Positions 1 to 10,743 of a stretch of DNA of 59,821 nt are shown here, piece by piece. Position numbers and translations under genes: made by a program. Location: assembly GCA_022768825.1 (NCBI GenBank), contig JALEJB010000043.1, positions 1-59,821 on the forward strand, read 5' to 3'. The notes beneath the pieces were generated by a model, which was not told where the DNA came from, did not search any database, and saw nothing but the letters and a program-made list of their open reading frames with translations. This DNA is from Lachnospiraceae bacterium (GTDB lineage Bacteria; Bacillota; Clostridia; Lachnospirales; Lachnospiraceae). Position 1 is the stretch's first letter. Each line of letters starts with the position of its first letter.

Positions 1-36
1 ACCGCCCGTCTCGATTTCACTAAAGTAAAAAAATTA

Positions 37-3000
37 TTACACGAAGTCAAATAGCGAGATCTGATTGCTTTCCGGCAGTTCGCCAAACATCCCCAGATCC
101 GCCATGTTGTCGATGACCTTCTGCGGCACTTTGGTCCGCTGCTTGAAATCCTCTCTGGACAAAAACGGACCGTCCTTTGCCGCTTCTACCACATTGTCCG
201 CAGCCTGATCTCCCATGCCATCGATGGAGTTGAGACTTGCCATCAGTTTTCCGTCAATGACCTGAAAATATCTGGAATCCGCGCGATAGATGTCGATGGG
301 TAAAAACTCATAGCCCCTTGCATACATCTCCTGAACCAGTCGCATATCACGGTACATATCCTGCTCCACAGGCGGAAGCTTTTTATTTTCTTTTGCGGCT
401 TCTGCCGACCGACGCTCATAATCCTGCATATAATAGTTCAGTCGTTCCTTGCCCAGACACATGACCTCATAGTTAAAGGCTTTGGCGCGGATACTGAAAA
501 ATGCCGCATAAAATGCCAGCGGATAAAACACTTTACAATAGGCAATACGCCATGCCATCATTACATAAGCGGCAGCATGTGCTTTCGGGAACATATACTT
601 GATCTTCTCACAGGACCAGATATACCAGTCCGGTACATTGTGATCGATCATATCCTGTTTCCATTCCTGCCATTTATCGCATTTTCCTTTGGCAACCATT
701 CCTTTTCGGACAGCCTCCATGATCTTAAAGGATTCCTCGGAATCCAGGCCCATACTGATGAGATAAGTCATAATATCATCACGGGTACAGATACAGGTGG
801 AAATGGTCGCCTTTTTCTCCTGAATCAAGGTCTGCGCATTTCCAAGCCATACATCGGTTCCATGGGATAATCCTGCGATCCGGACCAGATCGGAAAATTC
901 CTTTGGCTCTGTGTCGATCAACATTCCCATGGCAAAGTCCGTACCAAATTCCGGTATTCCAAGTGCGCCCAGTTTACAGTCAGTCAGTGCGTCCGGTTCG
1001 ATCTGCAGTGCCTTTGTGGACTGAAACAGCGACATGACACTCTGATCGTCAAGCGGGATCTTCTGGGCATTGATGCCCGTGAGATCCTCTAACATACGGA
1101 TCATCGTCGGATCGTCGTGTCCGAGAATGTCCAGCTTGAGCAGATTGTGGTCGATGGAATGATACTCAAAATGCGTGGTGATCGTCTCGGAAGTCATATC
1201 ATTTGCCGGATGCTGGGTCGGCGTAAAGGAATAGATCTCATCGCCGACAGGAAGAACGACAATTCCTCCCGGATGCTGTCCGGTTGTACGGCGCACACCG
1301 ACGCAGCCGGATAAGATACGCTCGATCTCGCAGCTTCGCTTGTGGATGCCCCGCTCTTCAAAATATTTTTTCACATAGCCATAGGCGGTCTTGTCTGCCA
1401 GTGTTCCGATCGTTCCCGCACGGAAGGTCTGACCGGCACCAAAGATCACCTCTGTATATTTATGTGCTTTACTCTGATAATCGCCGGAAAAGTTCAGGTC
1501 AATATCCGGCTCTTTATCTCCTTTAAATCCAAGGAAAGTCTCAAAAGGAATGTCAAATCCGTCTTTTTCCAACGGTTCTCCGCAGTTTGGACAATACCGG
1601 TCCGGCATATCACATCCCCCGCGTCCTGCAAACGCCTTGACTTCCGGTGAATCAAAATCTACAAAATGACAGTTTTTGCAGTAATAATGCGCACTCAGCG
1701 GATTGACCTCTGTGATTCCTGCCATCGTCGCTGCAAAAGACGAACCGACCGATCCTCTGGAGCCTACCAGATAGCCGTCCTCATTGGATTTCCATACCAG
1801 CTTCTGGGCGATGATATACATCACGGCATATCCGTTTCCAATGATCGAATTCAGTTCGCGGCTCAGGCGCTCTTCCACGATGGGCGGTAGATCGGGCCCA
1901 TACATCTCATGTGCTTTATTATAACAGATATCACGCAGCATCTGGTCAGAATTTTCAATGACCGGCGGACATTTATCCGGTCGCACCGGTTCGATCCGGT
2001 CGCACATATCTGCAATTTTATTTGTGTTTGTGATGACGATCTCTTCTGCCTTTTCACTTCCGAGATATTGAAACTCCGCCAGCATCTCTTCGGTGGTACG
2101 AAGGAATAACGGTGCCTGTTCATCCGCATCCGAAAACCCTTTTCCCGCCATAATGATCCGGCGGTAGATCTCGTCCTCCGGATTCAGAAAATGCACGTCG
2201 CAGGTTGCAACTACCAGCTTGTTAAAATCCTCACCCAGCTTTACGATCTGACGGTTTAGGTCCTGCAGCTCCTCAATAGAGTTGACCGGACTTTTTTCAT
2301 CCCGCAGCATGAACGCATTGTTTCCGATAGGCTGGATCTCCAGATAATCATAAAATTCCACCAGTCTGGTGATCTCTTCCTGCGGCCGTCCCTGCAGCAG
2401 TGCCTGATAGAGTTCTCCCGCCTCGCAGGCAGAACCGAGGATCAATCCCTCGCGATATTTCAACAGTTCGCTTTTCGGGATACGCGGTCTCTTGTGATAA
2501 TAGGTCAGATGGGAAAGTGACACCAGTCGATACAGATTCACTCTTCCGATATCATTTTTTGCCAGAATGATCGCATGATAGGTGGACATCTTTTGGATCG
2601 TCTCCGGAGACGGTTTTCCCTGTTCATTCAATGCATCTAACGTGTCAATGGATCTTTTGTGCAGCATCTCGATAAACTTCACAAAGATCTCTGCGGTACA
2701 TCCCGCGTCATCCACTGCCCGGTGATGATTTTCCAGCGATACATTGACTGCTTTTGCGACGGTATCCAGCTTAAATCGACCCAGCTGCGGCAGCAGAAAA
2801 CGCGCAAGCGAAACCGTATCGACTACCGTAAAGTCGCAGTTTAAATGCAGATCCTGACAATTTTTCTGGATAAAGCTCATATCAAATTCCGCATTATGGG
2901 CAACCATCACACAACCCTGACAAAATTGCATGAATTCCGGCAGGATCTCACTGATATCCGGTGCGGAAATCACCATATCATCACGGATTCCGGTCAGTTC

Positions 3001-4575
3001 TTCGATCTTGAACGGAATCGGCATATGAGGATTCACAAAGCTGGAAAATTTATCGGTGATCACACCATTTTGCACTTTCACCGCACCGATTTCGATAATG
3101 TGATTTTTGAGCGGACTAAAGCCCGTTGTCTCCAGATCAAAAACGACGTAATCTGCATCCAATGACTGTCCGCGAGGCTTTTTGACCATCTCCTTCGTGT
3201 CATCCACCAGATATGCTTCCAGACCGTAGATCACTTTGAAATCAGATCCCTTTGGAATTGCATGGTTGGCTACCGGAAACGCCTGTACGGCACCATGATC
3301 GGTGATCGCCAGACTCTTATGTCCAAAGGCAATGGCCTGGGCAATGATGTCTCCCACCTCAGAGACTCCATCCATATCACTCATTTTCGTATGACAGTGC
3401 AGTTCCACACGCTTTCTCGGATAGGTATCTGCACGTTTCGTTGTATAATCCTTGATCACCTTGATTCCAACGATGGAACCAATGGTCAGCTCATTGTCAA
3501 ATTTATCCGTCATGCAGATACCTTTGACTTTGACAAAAGAGCCCTTTTTGATCTTTCCTTCCAGTTCAGCTACATTTTCATTTTTCGTAAACAGTTTAAA
3601 TACTAATGTATCGGTAAAATCAGTAATCGTAAAAAACAGGATCGTCTTATCATTTCTGATCTCCCGCTTGTCGGTTCCGATGATCTTGCCCCGGATGATG
3701 ACCTCGCCGACACCGTCCACGAGACCGGCAATCTCTTCCACCGGCTCATCATCTTCAAAATCTCTTCCGTATAACACGTCCGGATTGTCCGATTTCTTCT
3801 TTTGAAATGAATTTCCACCGAATTTTTTCGACGAAGGAGCTGTCTTTTCCGATGCAAAATCGTTTTTCTTCGGTGGCATTTGCTTTACGTCCTGCGGCTT
3901 TGTTTCCGGTGTCTTTACATCCTGCGGCTTTATTTTCTCTACCGCTTGCTGCGTCTCCACAACCAGCAACTCATCCTCGGAAGACTTCTGTCCAAGTGAG
4001 GATGCCGCGACGATGCGCTTGATCTCAAATTCCATCTTTCGATCGGAATCTTCCTTATATTTACTTTTTTTGACCGGCTCATACGCAAGATCAACCATCA
4101 GCTTCAGACCGCATCTGTCACATATGATTTTTTCAAGAATACCAGTCAATTCTTCGCCCCGTTCTTTTGCCAGAACGGTTTCCGGCATATGTAAAATAAG
4201 ATGATCATCATCCGTAAATTCAAGCTGAGAGGTATGATACAGGTTGTAGAGCAAAGCAGAATATTCCCTTAACTCCAATCGAATACTGTCTTCGTACACC
4301 GCCAGCAGATTTTTGGCTGTATACTGGGCAGACAGATCGTACCGCTCCCGCACTTTCACCGCAATATCTTTTCCGCGGAAAATCTGGTCTTTGATATCCC
4401 GTTCCAACTGAAAGATATATTTTTTGGGGATCAGCCGGTTGCCGTGAATATAGACACGATAAACAGAGTGATCCCTGTTGGTACTGATACGTTCCACCAC
4501 AAGATCACTCATCATTTGATTGATTTCATCTGATAATTTTAAAGTTGGAAAAACCTCAAAAAAATCCTTTGCCAT
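37..4575 (-). CDS. polC: DNA polymerase III PolC-type
   Basis: 1512 aa; OB fold, PHP motif ELHCHTKMS, exonuclease VFDLETTG, catalytic PDIDLNF and KLDILGHD. Confidence 0.98.
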   Translation of the reverse strand: MAKDFFEVFPTLKLSDEINQMMSDLVVERISTNRDHSVYRVYIHGNRLIPKKYIFQLERDIKDQIFRGKDIAVKVRERYDLSAQYTAKNLLAVYEDSIRLELREYSALLYNLYHTSQLEFTDDDHLILHMPETVLAKERGEELTGILEKIICDRCGLKLMVDLAYEPVKKSKYKEDSDRKMEFEIKRIVAASSLGQKSSEDELLVVETQQAVEKIKPQDVKTPETKPQDVKQMPPKKNDFASEKTAPSSKKFGGNSFQKKKSDNPDVLYGRDFEDDEPVEEIAGLVDGVGEVIIRGKIIGTDKREIRNDKTILFFTITDFTDTLVFKLFTKNENVAELEGKIKKGSFVKVKGICMTDKFDNELTIGSIVGIKVIKDYTTKRADTYPRKRVELHCHTKMSDMDGVSEVGDIIAQAIAFGHKSLAITDHGAVQAFPVANHAIPKGSDFKVIYGLEAYLVDDTKEMVKKPRGQSLDADYVVFDLETTGFSPLKNHIIEIGAVKVQNGVITDKFSSFVNPHMPIPFKIEELTGIRDDMVISAPDISEILPEFMQFCQGCVMVAHNAEFDMSFIQKNCQDLHLNCDFTVVDTVSLARFLLPQLGRFKLDTVAKAVNVSLENHHRAVDDAGCTAEIFVKFIEMLHKRSIDTLDALNEQGKPSPETIQKMSTYHAIILAKNDIGRVNLYRLVSLSHLTYYHKRPRIPKSELLKYREGLILGSACEAGELYQALLQGRPQEEITRLVEFYDYLEIQPIGNNAFMLRDEKSPVNSIEELQDLNRQIVKLGEDFNKLVVATCDVHFLNPEDEIYRRIIMAGKGFSDADEQAPLFLRTTEEMLAEFQYLGSEKAEEIVITNTNKIADMCDRIEPVRPDKCPPVIENSDQMLRDICYNKAHEMYGPDLPPIVEERLSRELNSIIGNGYAVMYIIAQKLVWKSNEDGYLVGSRGSVGSSFAATMAGITEVNPLSAHYYCKNCHFVDFDSPEVKAFAGRGGCDMPDRYCPNCGEPLEKDGFDIPFETFLGFKGDKEPDIDLNFSGDYQSKAHKYTEVIFGAGQTFRAGTIGTLADKTAYGYVKKYFEERGIHKRSCEIERILSGCVGVRRTTGQHPGGIVVLPVGDEIYSFTPTQHPANDMTSETITTHFEYHSIDHNLLKLDILGHDDPTMIRMLEDLTGINAQKIPLDDQSVMSLFQSTKALQIEPDALTDCKLGALGIPEFGTDFAMGMLIDTEPKEFSDLVRIAGLSHGTDVWLGNAQTLIQEKKATISTCICTRDDIMTYLISMGLDSEESFKIMEAVRKGMVAKGKCDKWQEWKQDMIDHNVPDWYIWSCEKIKYMFPKAHAAAYVMMAWRIAYCKVFYPLAFYAAFFSIRAKAFNYEVMCLGKERLNYYMQDYERRSAEAAKENKKLPPVEQDMYRDMRLVQEMYARGYEFLPIDIYRADSRYFQVIDGKLMASLNSIDGMGDQAADNVVEAAKDGPFLSREDFKQRTKVPQKVIDNMADLGMFGELPESNQISLFDFV

Positions 4576-5630
4576 TATTCACCCCAGTGTTCCAGTTCCT
4601 CTTTTAATGCCGCGATCAATTGATCTTCCGGGACTTTTCTTACGATCTCACCATGTTTGATCAACAGACCTTCCTTCAAACCGCCTGCGATTCCAAGATC
4701 TGCTTCCTTTGCTTCCCCCGGTCCGTTGACCACGCAGCCCATGACGGCTACTTTGATATCCAAAGGATATGCCTCTACCAGATTCTCTACCTGATTGGCC
4801 AGTCCGATCAGATCAATATTGGTTCTGCCGCATGTCGGGCAGGATACAACTTCGATTCCGCCCTGACGAAGTCCCAGCGTCTTTAAGATCAGCTTTGCGG
4901 ATTTGATCTCGTTGATCGGCGCACCTGTGAGAGATACCCGGATCGTATCACCGATATTCTGTCCGAGGATCAATGCAAGACCCACGGAGGATTTGATGTT
5001 TCCGCGCATCAGCGTTCCCGCTTCGGTGATGCCCACATGAAGCGGATAATCGGTCTGTTCATTGATCAGTTCATGTGCCCGCACACACATCATGACATCG
5101 GAGGACTTGATACTGATGACCAGATTGTCATAGCCCATATCCTCGATCCTATGAACCTGATCCATGGCGGACATGACAAGTCCCTCTGCTGTCACACCGC
5201 CAAACTGCTCCACAAGATGTTTCTCCAGAGAACCACTGTTGACACCCACACGGATCGGTATTCCTCGCTCCTTCGCACAGTCCACCACTGCTTTGATCCG
5301 TTCTGTGCTTCCGATATTGCCCGGATTAATGCGGATCTTATCCGCTCCGTTTTCCATCGCAGCAATGGCAAGCTTATAATCAAAGTGAATATCCGCAACC
5401 AATGGAATGGAAATCTGTTTTTTGATCTCCTTCAACGCCTTTGCTGCTTCCATATCCGGCACCGCACACCGGATAATGTCACAACCGGCTCTCGTCAGTT
5501 CCTGAATCTGCGCCACTGTATTTTTTATATCATCGGTTTTTGTATTGGTCATCGACTGGATCAGGATCGGATGACCGCCACCGATCACACGATCCCCGAT
5601 GCGGATGACCTTTGTATTGTTATGAGACAT
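4575..5630 (-). CDS. ispG: HMBPP synthase (GcpE)
   Basis: QSMTNT, ADIHFDY, RINPGN, SCPTCGR, MGCVVNGPGE; start moved to MSHNN behind GGAGG. Confidence 0.97.
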   Translation of the reverse strand: MSHNNTKVIRIGDRVIGGGHPILIQSMTNTKTDDIKNTVAQIQELTRAGCDIIRCAVPDMEAAKALKEIKKQISIPLVADIHFDYKLAIAAMENGADKIRINPGNIGSTERIKAVVDCAKERGIPIRVGVNSGSLEKHLVEQFGGVTAEGLVMSAMDQVHRIEDMGYDNLVISIKSSDVMMCVRAHELINEQTDYPLHVGITEAGTLMRGNIKSSVGLALILGQNIGDTIRVSLTGAPINEIKSAKLILKTLGLRQGGIEVVSCPTCGRTNIDLIGLANQVENLVEAYPLDIKVAVMGCVVNGPGEAKEADLGIAGGLKEGLLIKHGEIVRKVPEDQLIAALKEELEHWGE

Positions 5631-5653
5631 CCCTGTTCCTCCCAAAAAATGCC

Positions 5654-6694
5654 TTAAATAAATAATCTTCTAATATCGTTTGCCATGATCAGACACATAA
5701 ATGCCAGCAAGATGACCAGTCCGACAAAATGAACCATTCCCTCTTTGTTCGGGTCGATCTTCTTTCCCCTGATCGCTTCCACAATGAAAAATACCAGTCG
5801 TCCACCGTCCAGTGCCGGAATCGGAAGCAGATTCATCACACCAAGGTTCGATGACAACAGTACTGCCATATTTAACAGATTGAGCAAAACCGCCAAAAAT
5901 CCCGCCGGCTTACTTTGCGTATAGGTATCGCCAATGGATTTCACGATTCCAACCGGTCCGGACAGGTCATTCATGCTGAGCTGTCCTGTCACCAGCTTGC
6001 CTAAGCTTTGCAGCGTTGTGCTGATCCAGTAATAGACCTCAAAGCATCCATATTGCATGGCCCGAAGGACATTCACCTTCTGTCTTTGCGCGATTCCCTG
6101 AAATCCGAAATAATATCTTCCGCTTTCCTCATCCTTGACCGGCTGCACGGTGGCGGTATATCTTTCACCGTCCCTTTCATAGGTGACTTCTGTCGTCTCT
6201 CCCTCATGGAAAAACGTATACACGCTGATCTCTCGATAAAAATGAATGTGCTTGTGATTCAGCTTTACGATGGTATCTCCTGCCTGCAAGCCTGCCTGCT
6301 GTGCCGGTGAATTGTCTATCACATGATAAACAATGGGTTTATCAACACCCACAAACAGGATGATGATGACAGCCAGTATCCATGCCAGGATAAAATTAAA
6401 GAACGGTCCCGCAAATACAATGGCAAAACGCTGCCATACACTCTTTTTATTGAATGCCCGATCACTGTTTGATTCTTCGTCCTCTCCCTCCATCATGCAG
6501 GCCCCGCCAAAGGGCAGAAGCTTTAGGGAATACTTTGTCTCGCCAAACTTTTTTCCAATAATTGTCGGGCCAAGACCAAGACAAAATTCATTGACCTGAA
6601 CATCATTTTTCTTTGCCAGCAAAAAATGCCCAAGCTCATGAAATAAAATGATCAAACTAAATAATATGATTGCTACTACAATACTCAATTTCAC
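5654..6694 (-). CDS. rseP: RIP intramembrane zinc metalloprotease with PDZ domain
   Basis: HELGH, AGPFFN, NLLPIPALDGG; canonical position between dxr and ispG. Confidence 0.96.
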   Translation of the reverse strand: MKLSIVVAIILFSLIILFHELGHFLLAKKNDVQVNEFCLGLGPTIIGKKFGETKYSLKLLPFGGACMMEGEDEESNSDRAFNKKSVWQRFAIVFAGPFFNFILAWILAVIIILFVGVDKPIVYHVIDNSPAQQAGLQAGDTIVKLNHKHIHFYREISVYTFFHEGETTEVTYERDGERYTATVQPVKDEESGRYYFGFQGIAQRQKVNVLRAMQYGCFEVYYWISTTLQSLGKLVTGQLSMNDLSGPVGIVKSIGDTYTQSKPAGFLAVLLNLLNMAVLLSSNLGVMNLLPIPALDGGRLVFFIVEAIRGKKIDPNKEGMVHFVGLVILLAFMCLIMANDIRRLFI

Positions 6695-7835
6695 ACCTGC
6701 TTTCTACCCACTGACGCACCTCCTGCTCCGTATCCAAAATCTGATTCAGATCCGGTGCATCCACATAGGTACAATGATTCATACATGCTTCGATAATTTC
6801 GGTTATCTGTAAATATCTGATCTTTTCCTCTAAAAATAATGCAACCGCAGCCTCATTTGCCGCATTAAAAATTGTCGGCATATTTCCGCCCCGCTTCATC
6901 GCATCATAAGCCAGTGCCAGACCGCGAAAAGTGTCGGTATCCGGATCTTCGAAGGAGATGGAACCAAGCTTTGCAAAATCCAACCGATCTCCTCCAAGCG
7001 GCTTTCTCTTCGGATAATACAGTGCGTACTGGATCGGAAGTCGCATATCCGGCGTGCCAAGCTGCGCGATCACACTTCCGTCCTCAAATTGTACCATGGA
7101 GTGGATCACGCTCTGGGGTTGGACAACCACCTGAATCTGCTCCGGTGAGACATCAAACAGCCATTTGGCTTCCATCACCTCCAGGCCTTTGTTGACCAGC
7201 GTCGAGGAATCCACCGTAATCTTTTTTCCCATGGACCAGTTGGGATGCTTTAGGGCATCCTGTAAGGTCACTGATTTCAATTCATCCTTTGTCTTGCCCC
7301 GAAACGGTCCCCCGGAAGCAGTCAGTAAAATCTTGTCAATCTGATTGTGCTCACGCTCTCCGTTCAATGCCTGAAAAATCGCACTGTGTTCGCTGTCCAC
7401 CGGCAGAATGGATACATTGTATTCCTTCGCCATCGGCATGATCAGATGCCCTGCAGTGACAAGTGTCTCTTTATTTGCCAAAGCAATGTTTTTTCCGGAC
7501 TGAATCGCTGCAACAGTGGGCTTTAGTCCAATCATCCCTACAATAGCAGTGACTAAAATCTCACTGTCCGCATCGGTCGCTACCTCCAGCAGACCATCCA
7601 TTCCAAAATGTACTTTTACCGACAGATCCGCAATCTTTATCTTCAATTCATGTGCATCTCTCTCTGACCACACTGCCACCTGATTTGGTTGAAATTCCCG
7701 GATCTGCCGTTCCAAAAGATCAATATTTCGTCCGGCTGCCAATGCCGTCACTTCTATGTCGCCACGTTCCCGGACGATATCCAATGTCTGTGTTCCGATG
7801 GACCCTGTCGAGCCCAGAATCGCTATTTTTTTCAT
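6657..7835 (-). CDS. dxr: 1-deoxy-D-xylulose-5-phosphate reductoisomerase
   Basis: LGSTGSIG, LANKE, PVDSEH, HPNWSMG, NKGLE. Confidence 0.98.
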   Translation of the reverse strand: MKKIAILGSTGSIGTQTLDIVRERGDIEVTALAAGRNIDLLERQIREFQPNQVAVWSERDAHELKIKIADLSVKVHFGMDGLLEVATDADSEILVTAIVGMIGLKPTVAAIQSGKNIALANKETLVTAGHLIMPMAKEYNVSILPVDSEHSAIFQALNGEREHNQIDKILLTASGGPFRGKTKDELKSVTLQDALKHPNWSMGKKITVDSSTLVNKGLEVMEAKWLFDVSPEQIQVVVQPQSVIHSMVQFEDGSVIAQLGTPDMRLPIQYALYYPKRKPLGGDRLDFAKLGSISFEDPDTDTFRGLALAYDAMKRGGNMPTIFNAANEAAVALFLEEKIRYLQITEIIEACMNHCTYVDAPDLNQILDTEQEVRQWVESRCEIEYCSSNHII

Positions 7836-7843
7836 CGTTTATT

Positions 7844-8656
7844 TTATACCTTCTGTGCCATGTCAATCAGATAATAAATGATCGGTGCAGTAAAGATCAC
7901 ACTGTCAAAACGATCCATGACTCCACCGTGTCCCGGAATCAGTTTTCCGTAGTCTTTGATCGCAAACTGCCGCTTGATCGCCGACGCTGTCAGGTCTCCG
8001 ATCATGGATAAAAAAGCACCGACTGCGCTGATCAATGATAAGAGCAGGATCGTCTTTTGATCGATCCCCATCGGATCCGCAAAAAGTGTGGTGTAGAGAA
8101 AGGTCAAAAGCATGGTTCCGACGATCCCGCCAATGGCACCTTCCACAGACTTCTTTGGTGACAAAACCGGTGTCATTTTGTGCTTGCCGATCAGCTTTCC
8201 CACACAGTATGCAAATGTATCGCAGATCCAGGATGATAAAAAGATGAGCCATACCAGATACAGTCCGCGCTCCATCATACGGGTGCGATACAAAAAGGAA
8301 AGCATCACTCCCACATAGTAAACACCGACAAAGGACTCTGCAATCTGAACAAACGTATATTTCGGATAACGAAATACCATAACTGACAGATATGCCAACA
8401 ATGTAAACAATACAAAACACATCCAGTCAAACTTTTCCGGCGCAAACAGCACCAGTATATAGTACAGGCAGACAAACAGATATCCCATACCGCCCAGAAG
8501 ACGGTCTTTTTCGAAGCCGAACACCCGATACAATTCAAATAATCCGATGAGTGATAACACAAGTGTCACGCTCCACAGAACATATCCGCCCGTAATAATA
8601 AATAATAACGCAAACAGCACTAAAAATATGCCACTGATCAATCTTGTACGAAACAT
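7844..8656 (-). CDS. cdsA: phosphatidate cytidylyltransferase
   Basis: Multi-TM protein; SPKKSVEG and KDYGKLIPGHGGVMDRFDS. Confidence 0.97.
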   Translation of the reverse strand: MFRTRLISGIFLVLFALLFIITGGYVLWSVTLVLSLIGLFELYRVFGFEKDRLLGGMGYLFVCLYYILVLFAPEKFDWMCFVLFTLLAYLSVMVFRYPKYTFVQIAESFVGVYYVGVMLSFLYRTRMMERGLYLVWLIFLSSWICDTFAYCVGKLIGKHKMTPVLSPKKSVEGAIGGIVGTMLLTFLYTTLFADPMGIDQKTILLLSLISAVGAFLSMIGDLTASAIKRQFAIKDYGKLIPGHGGVMDRFDSVIFTAPIIYYLIDMAQKV

Positions 8657-8683
8657 TTCTCTTCCTCCAACTCCGGTTTGGAC

Positions 8684-9382
8684 CTATACTCCGCCGTATC
8701 TTCGCTCTCTGTTAGAGTATGCGTCGATCGCCTTCGCCAATTCCTCTTCATCAAAATCCGGCCAGGGTTTTTCTGTAAAATAAAACTCGCTGTATGCCAG
8801 CTGCCAGAGCAGATAGTTGGACAAACGCTGCTCGCCGCTGGTACGGATCAAAAGATCCGGGTCAGGAATCCCTGCTGTATCCAGATAACCGGCAAACCGG
8901 TCCTCGCTGATCTCCTCCGGTGCAAGCTTTCCGTCTCTGACATCACATGCCAGTTTACGCATCCCGCGGACCATCTCATCCCGGCTTCCGTAATTGATCG
9001 CAATCGTCAAATGCAGTCTGTCATAATCCTTTGACGCCTCTTCCACAGCTTTGATCTGCTCCTGAAATTTCGGCTCCAGCCTTGTGATATCACCAATGAC
9101 ACGAACACGCATCTGATTTTCCCGCGCTGTCTCCAGACAATTATCCAGATAGGATCCAAGCAGCTTCATCAGTGCCTTTACTTCCATATCCGGTCTGGAC
9201 CAGTTTTCCGTGGAAAAGGCATACAAGGTCAGGTATTTCACGCCCTGTTCACCGGCTGCGCGGCATATCTTTTCTACTGTTTTTGCTCCCATTGTATGTC
9301 CGTACGTACGCGGCATTCCACGTTTTTTTGCCCAGCGTCCGTTTCCATCCATGATGATCGCAATATGCTTTGGTGTATCCAT
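8684..9382 (-). CDS. uppS: undecaprenyl diphosphate synthase
   Basis: HIAIIMDGNGRWA, FSTENW, RTSGEQRLSN. Confidence 0.98.
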   Translation of the reverse strand: MDTPKHIAIIMDGNGRWAKKRGMPRTYGHTMGAKTVEKICRAAGEQGVKYLTLYAFSTENWSRPDMEVKALMKLLGSYLDNCLETARENQMRVRVIGDITRLEPKFQEQIKAVEEASKDYDRLHLTIAINYGSRDEMVRGMRKLACDVRDGKLAPEEISEDRFAGYLDTAGIPDPDLLIRTSGEQRLSNYLLWQLAYSEFYFTEKPWPDFDEEELAKAIDAYSNRERRYGGV

Positions 9383-9412
9383 AAATCTGCTCCTATAAAA
9401 AACAATAATGAT

Positions 9413-9444
9413 AAAAAAGGGACAATGCCATACGACATGCCCCT
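9413..9444 (-). terminator. probable intrinsic terminator after frr
   Basis: Minus strand AGGGGCATGTC-GTAT-GGCATTGTCCC followed by a T6 tract. Confidence 0.6.
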
Positions 9445-9456
9445 ATTTGGAAAATC

Positions 9457-10011
9457 CTATACAGTAAGAATCTCCTTACTCTTCTCTTCGATGGCTTTAT
9501 CCACAACTGCGATATATTTATCTGTCAGTTTCTGCATTGCATCTTCCAGATCCTTGATCTCATCCTCTGAGATGTCATCGCTCTTTGCAAGCTTTTTCAA
9601 TGCATCATTGCCGTCACGACGAATATTTCGGATTGCAACCTTGGCATTTTCGCCTTTTTTCTTTACATCCTTTGCGAGCTCTTTACGTCTCTCCTCTGTC
9701 AGTTCCGGAAAAACAAGACGAATCAGTTTTCCGTCATTGGTTGGATTAATTCCTAAATCTGATGTGAGAATTGCTTTTTCAATCTCTTTGACCATAGATG
9801 CTTCCCATGGCTGGATCTGAATCATTCTCGGCTCCGGTACGCTGACATTGGCAACCTGCTGGATCGGGGTCGGTGTGCCGTAATAGTCCACGCGCAGCTT
9901 ATCCAGCACATGTGGATTGGCACGTCCGGCACGGATTCCGCCAAACTCCTCATTCAGATTATTGATTGATTTCTGCATCTTTTCATCATAGATTGCTAAT
10001 CGTTCATCCAT
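9457..10011 (-). CDS. frr: ribosome recycling factor
   Basis: IRAGRANP, DYYGTPTP, PELTEERRKEL. Confidence 0.98.
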   Translation of the reverse strand: MDERLAIYDEKMQKSINNLNEEFGGIRAGRANPHVLDKLRVDYYGTPTPIQQVANVSVPEPRMIQIQPWEASMVKEIEKAILTSDLGINPTNDGKLIRLVFPELTEERRKELAKDVKKKGENAKVAIRNIRRDGNDALKKLAKSDDISEDEIKDLEDAMQKLTDKYIAVVDKAIEEKSKEILTV

Positions 10012-10043
10012 AGTTCTACCCTCCTGTTTCGAACATCAATTCC

Positions 10044-10739
10044 TTATACCGTTACAACGGTTCCGTTAAACTTTCCATTGATCGCATTCACAATGCTATT
10101 CTCTTCATTTAAGGCAAATACGTACATCGGCATATGATTTTCCATGCACATCACCGATGCGGTCATATCCACAACTGCCAGTTTTTTCTCAATGACCTCT
10201 TCGATCGAAACCGTATCATATTTCTTCGCATTCGGATTGGTCTTCGGATCGCTATCATAAACCCCGTCAATCGCCTTTGCCAGATAGATTCCGTCCGCCT
10301 CGATCTCAATAGCCCGAAGTGTCGTGCCTGTATCTGTGGAGAAATACGGATGACCGGTTCCTCCGGCAAAAAATACTACCATGCCTTTTGCAAAATATTT
10401 ATTGGCACGATCCTTTGAAAAAAGCTTGGTAAAGCTGCCGCACTCAAACGGTGTCAGAACATTGGTCATCATACCCTCTGAGCGAAAGATCTCAGATACG
10501 TAGATACAGTTCATCACTGTTGCAAGCATACCGATCTGATCTGCTTTCGTGCGGTCGATGGTCTCGCTGGTACGTCCGCGCCAGAAATTGCCTCCACCGA
10601 TCACAATGCCAACTTCAATCCCGGTATCAACCAGCTGTTTGACCTGTTTTGCCACACCGACAACCGTTGCCTCGTCAAAGCCGAAGCCTTTATTTCCTGA
10701 TATTGCTTCTCCACTTAATTTTAAGAGAATTCTTTTCAT
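10044..10739 (-). CDS. pyrH: UMP kinase
   Basis: LLKLSGE, GGGNFWRG, GHPYFSTD; start at MKRILL, 4 nt after the bactofilin stop. Confidence 0.98.
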   Translation of the reverse strand: MKRILLKLSGEAISGNKGFGFDEATVVGVAKQVKQLVDTGIEVGIVIGGGNFWRGRTSETIDRTKADQIGMLATVMNCIYVSEIFRSEGMMTNVLTPFECGSFTKLFSKDRANKYFAKGMVVFFAGGTGHPYFSTDTGTTLRAIEIEADGIYLAKAIDGVYDSDPKTNPNAKKYDTVSIEEVIEKKLAVVDMTASVMCMENHMPMYVFALNEENSIVNAINGKFNGTVVTV

Positions 10740-10743
10740 AGGA

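Noticed and set aside
3884-3931. KPQDVK duplication in PolC
   Set aside because: Short repeat in a variable linker; no intein or insertion signature
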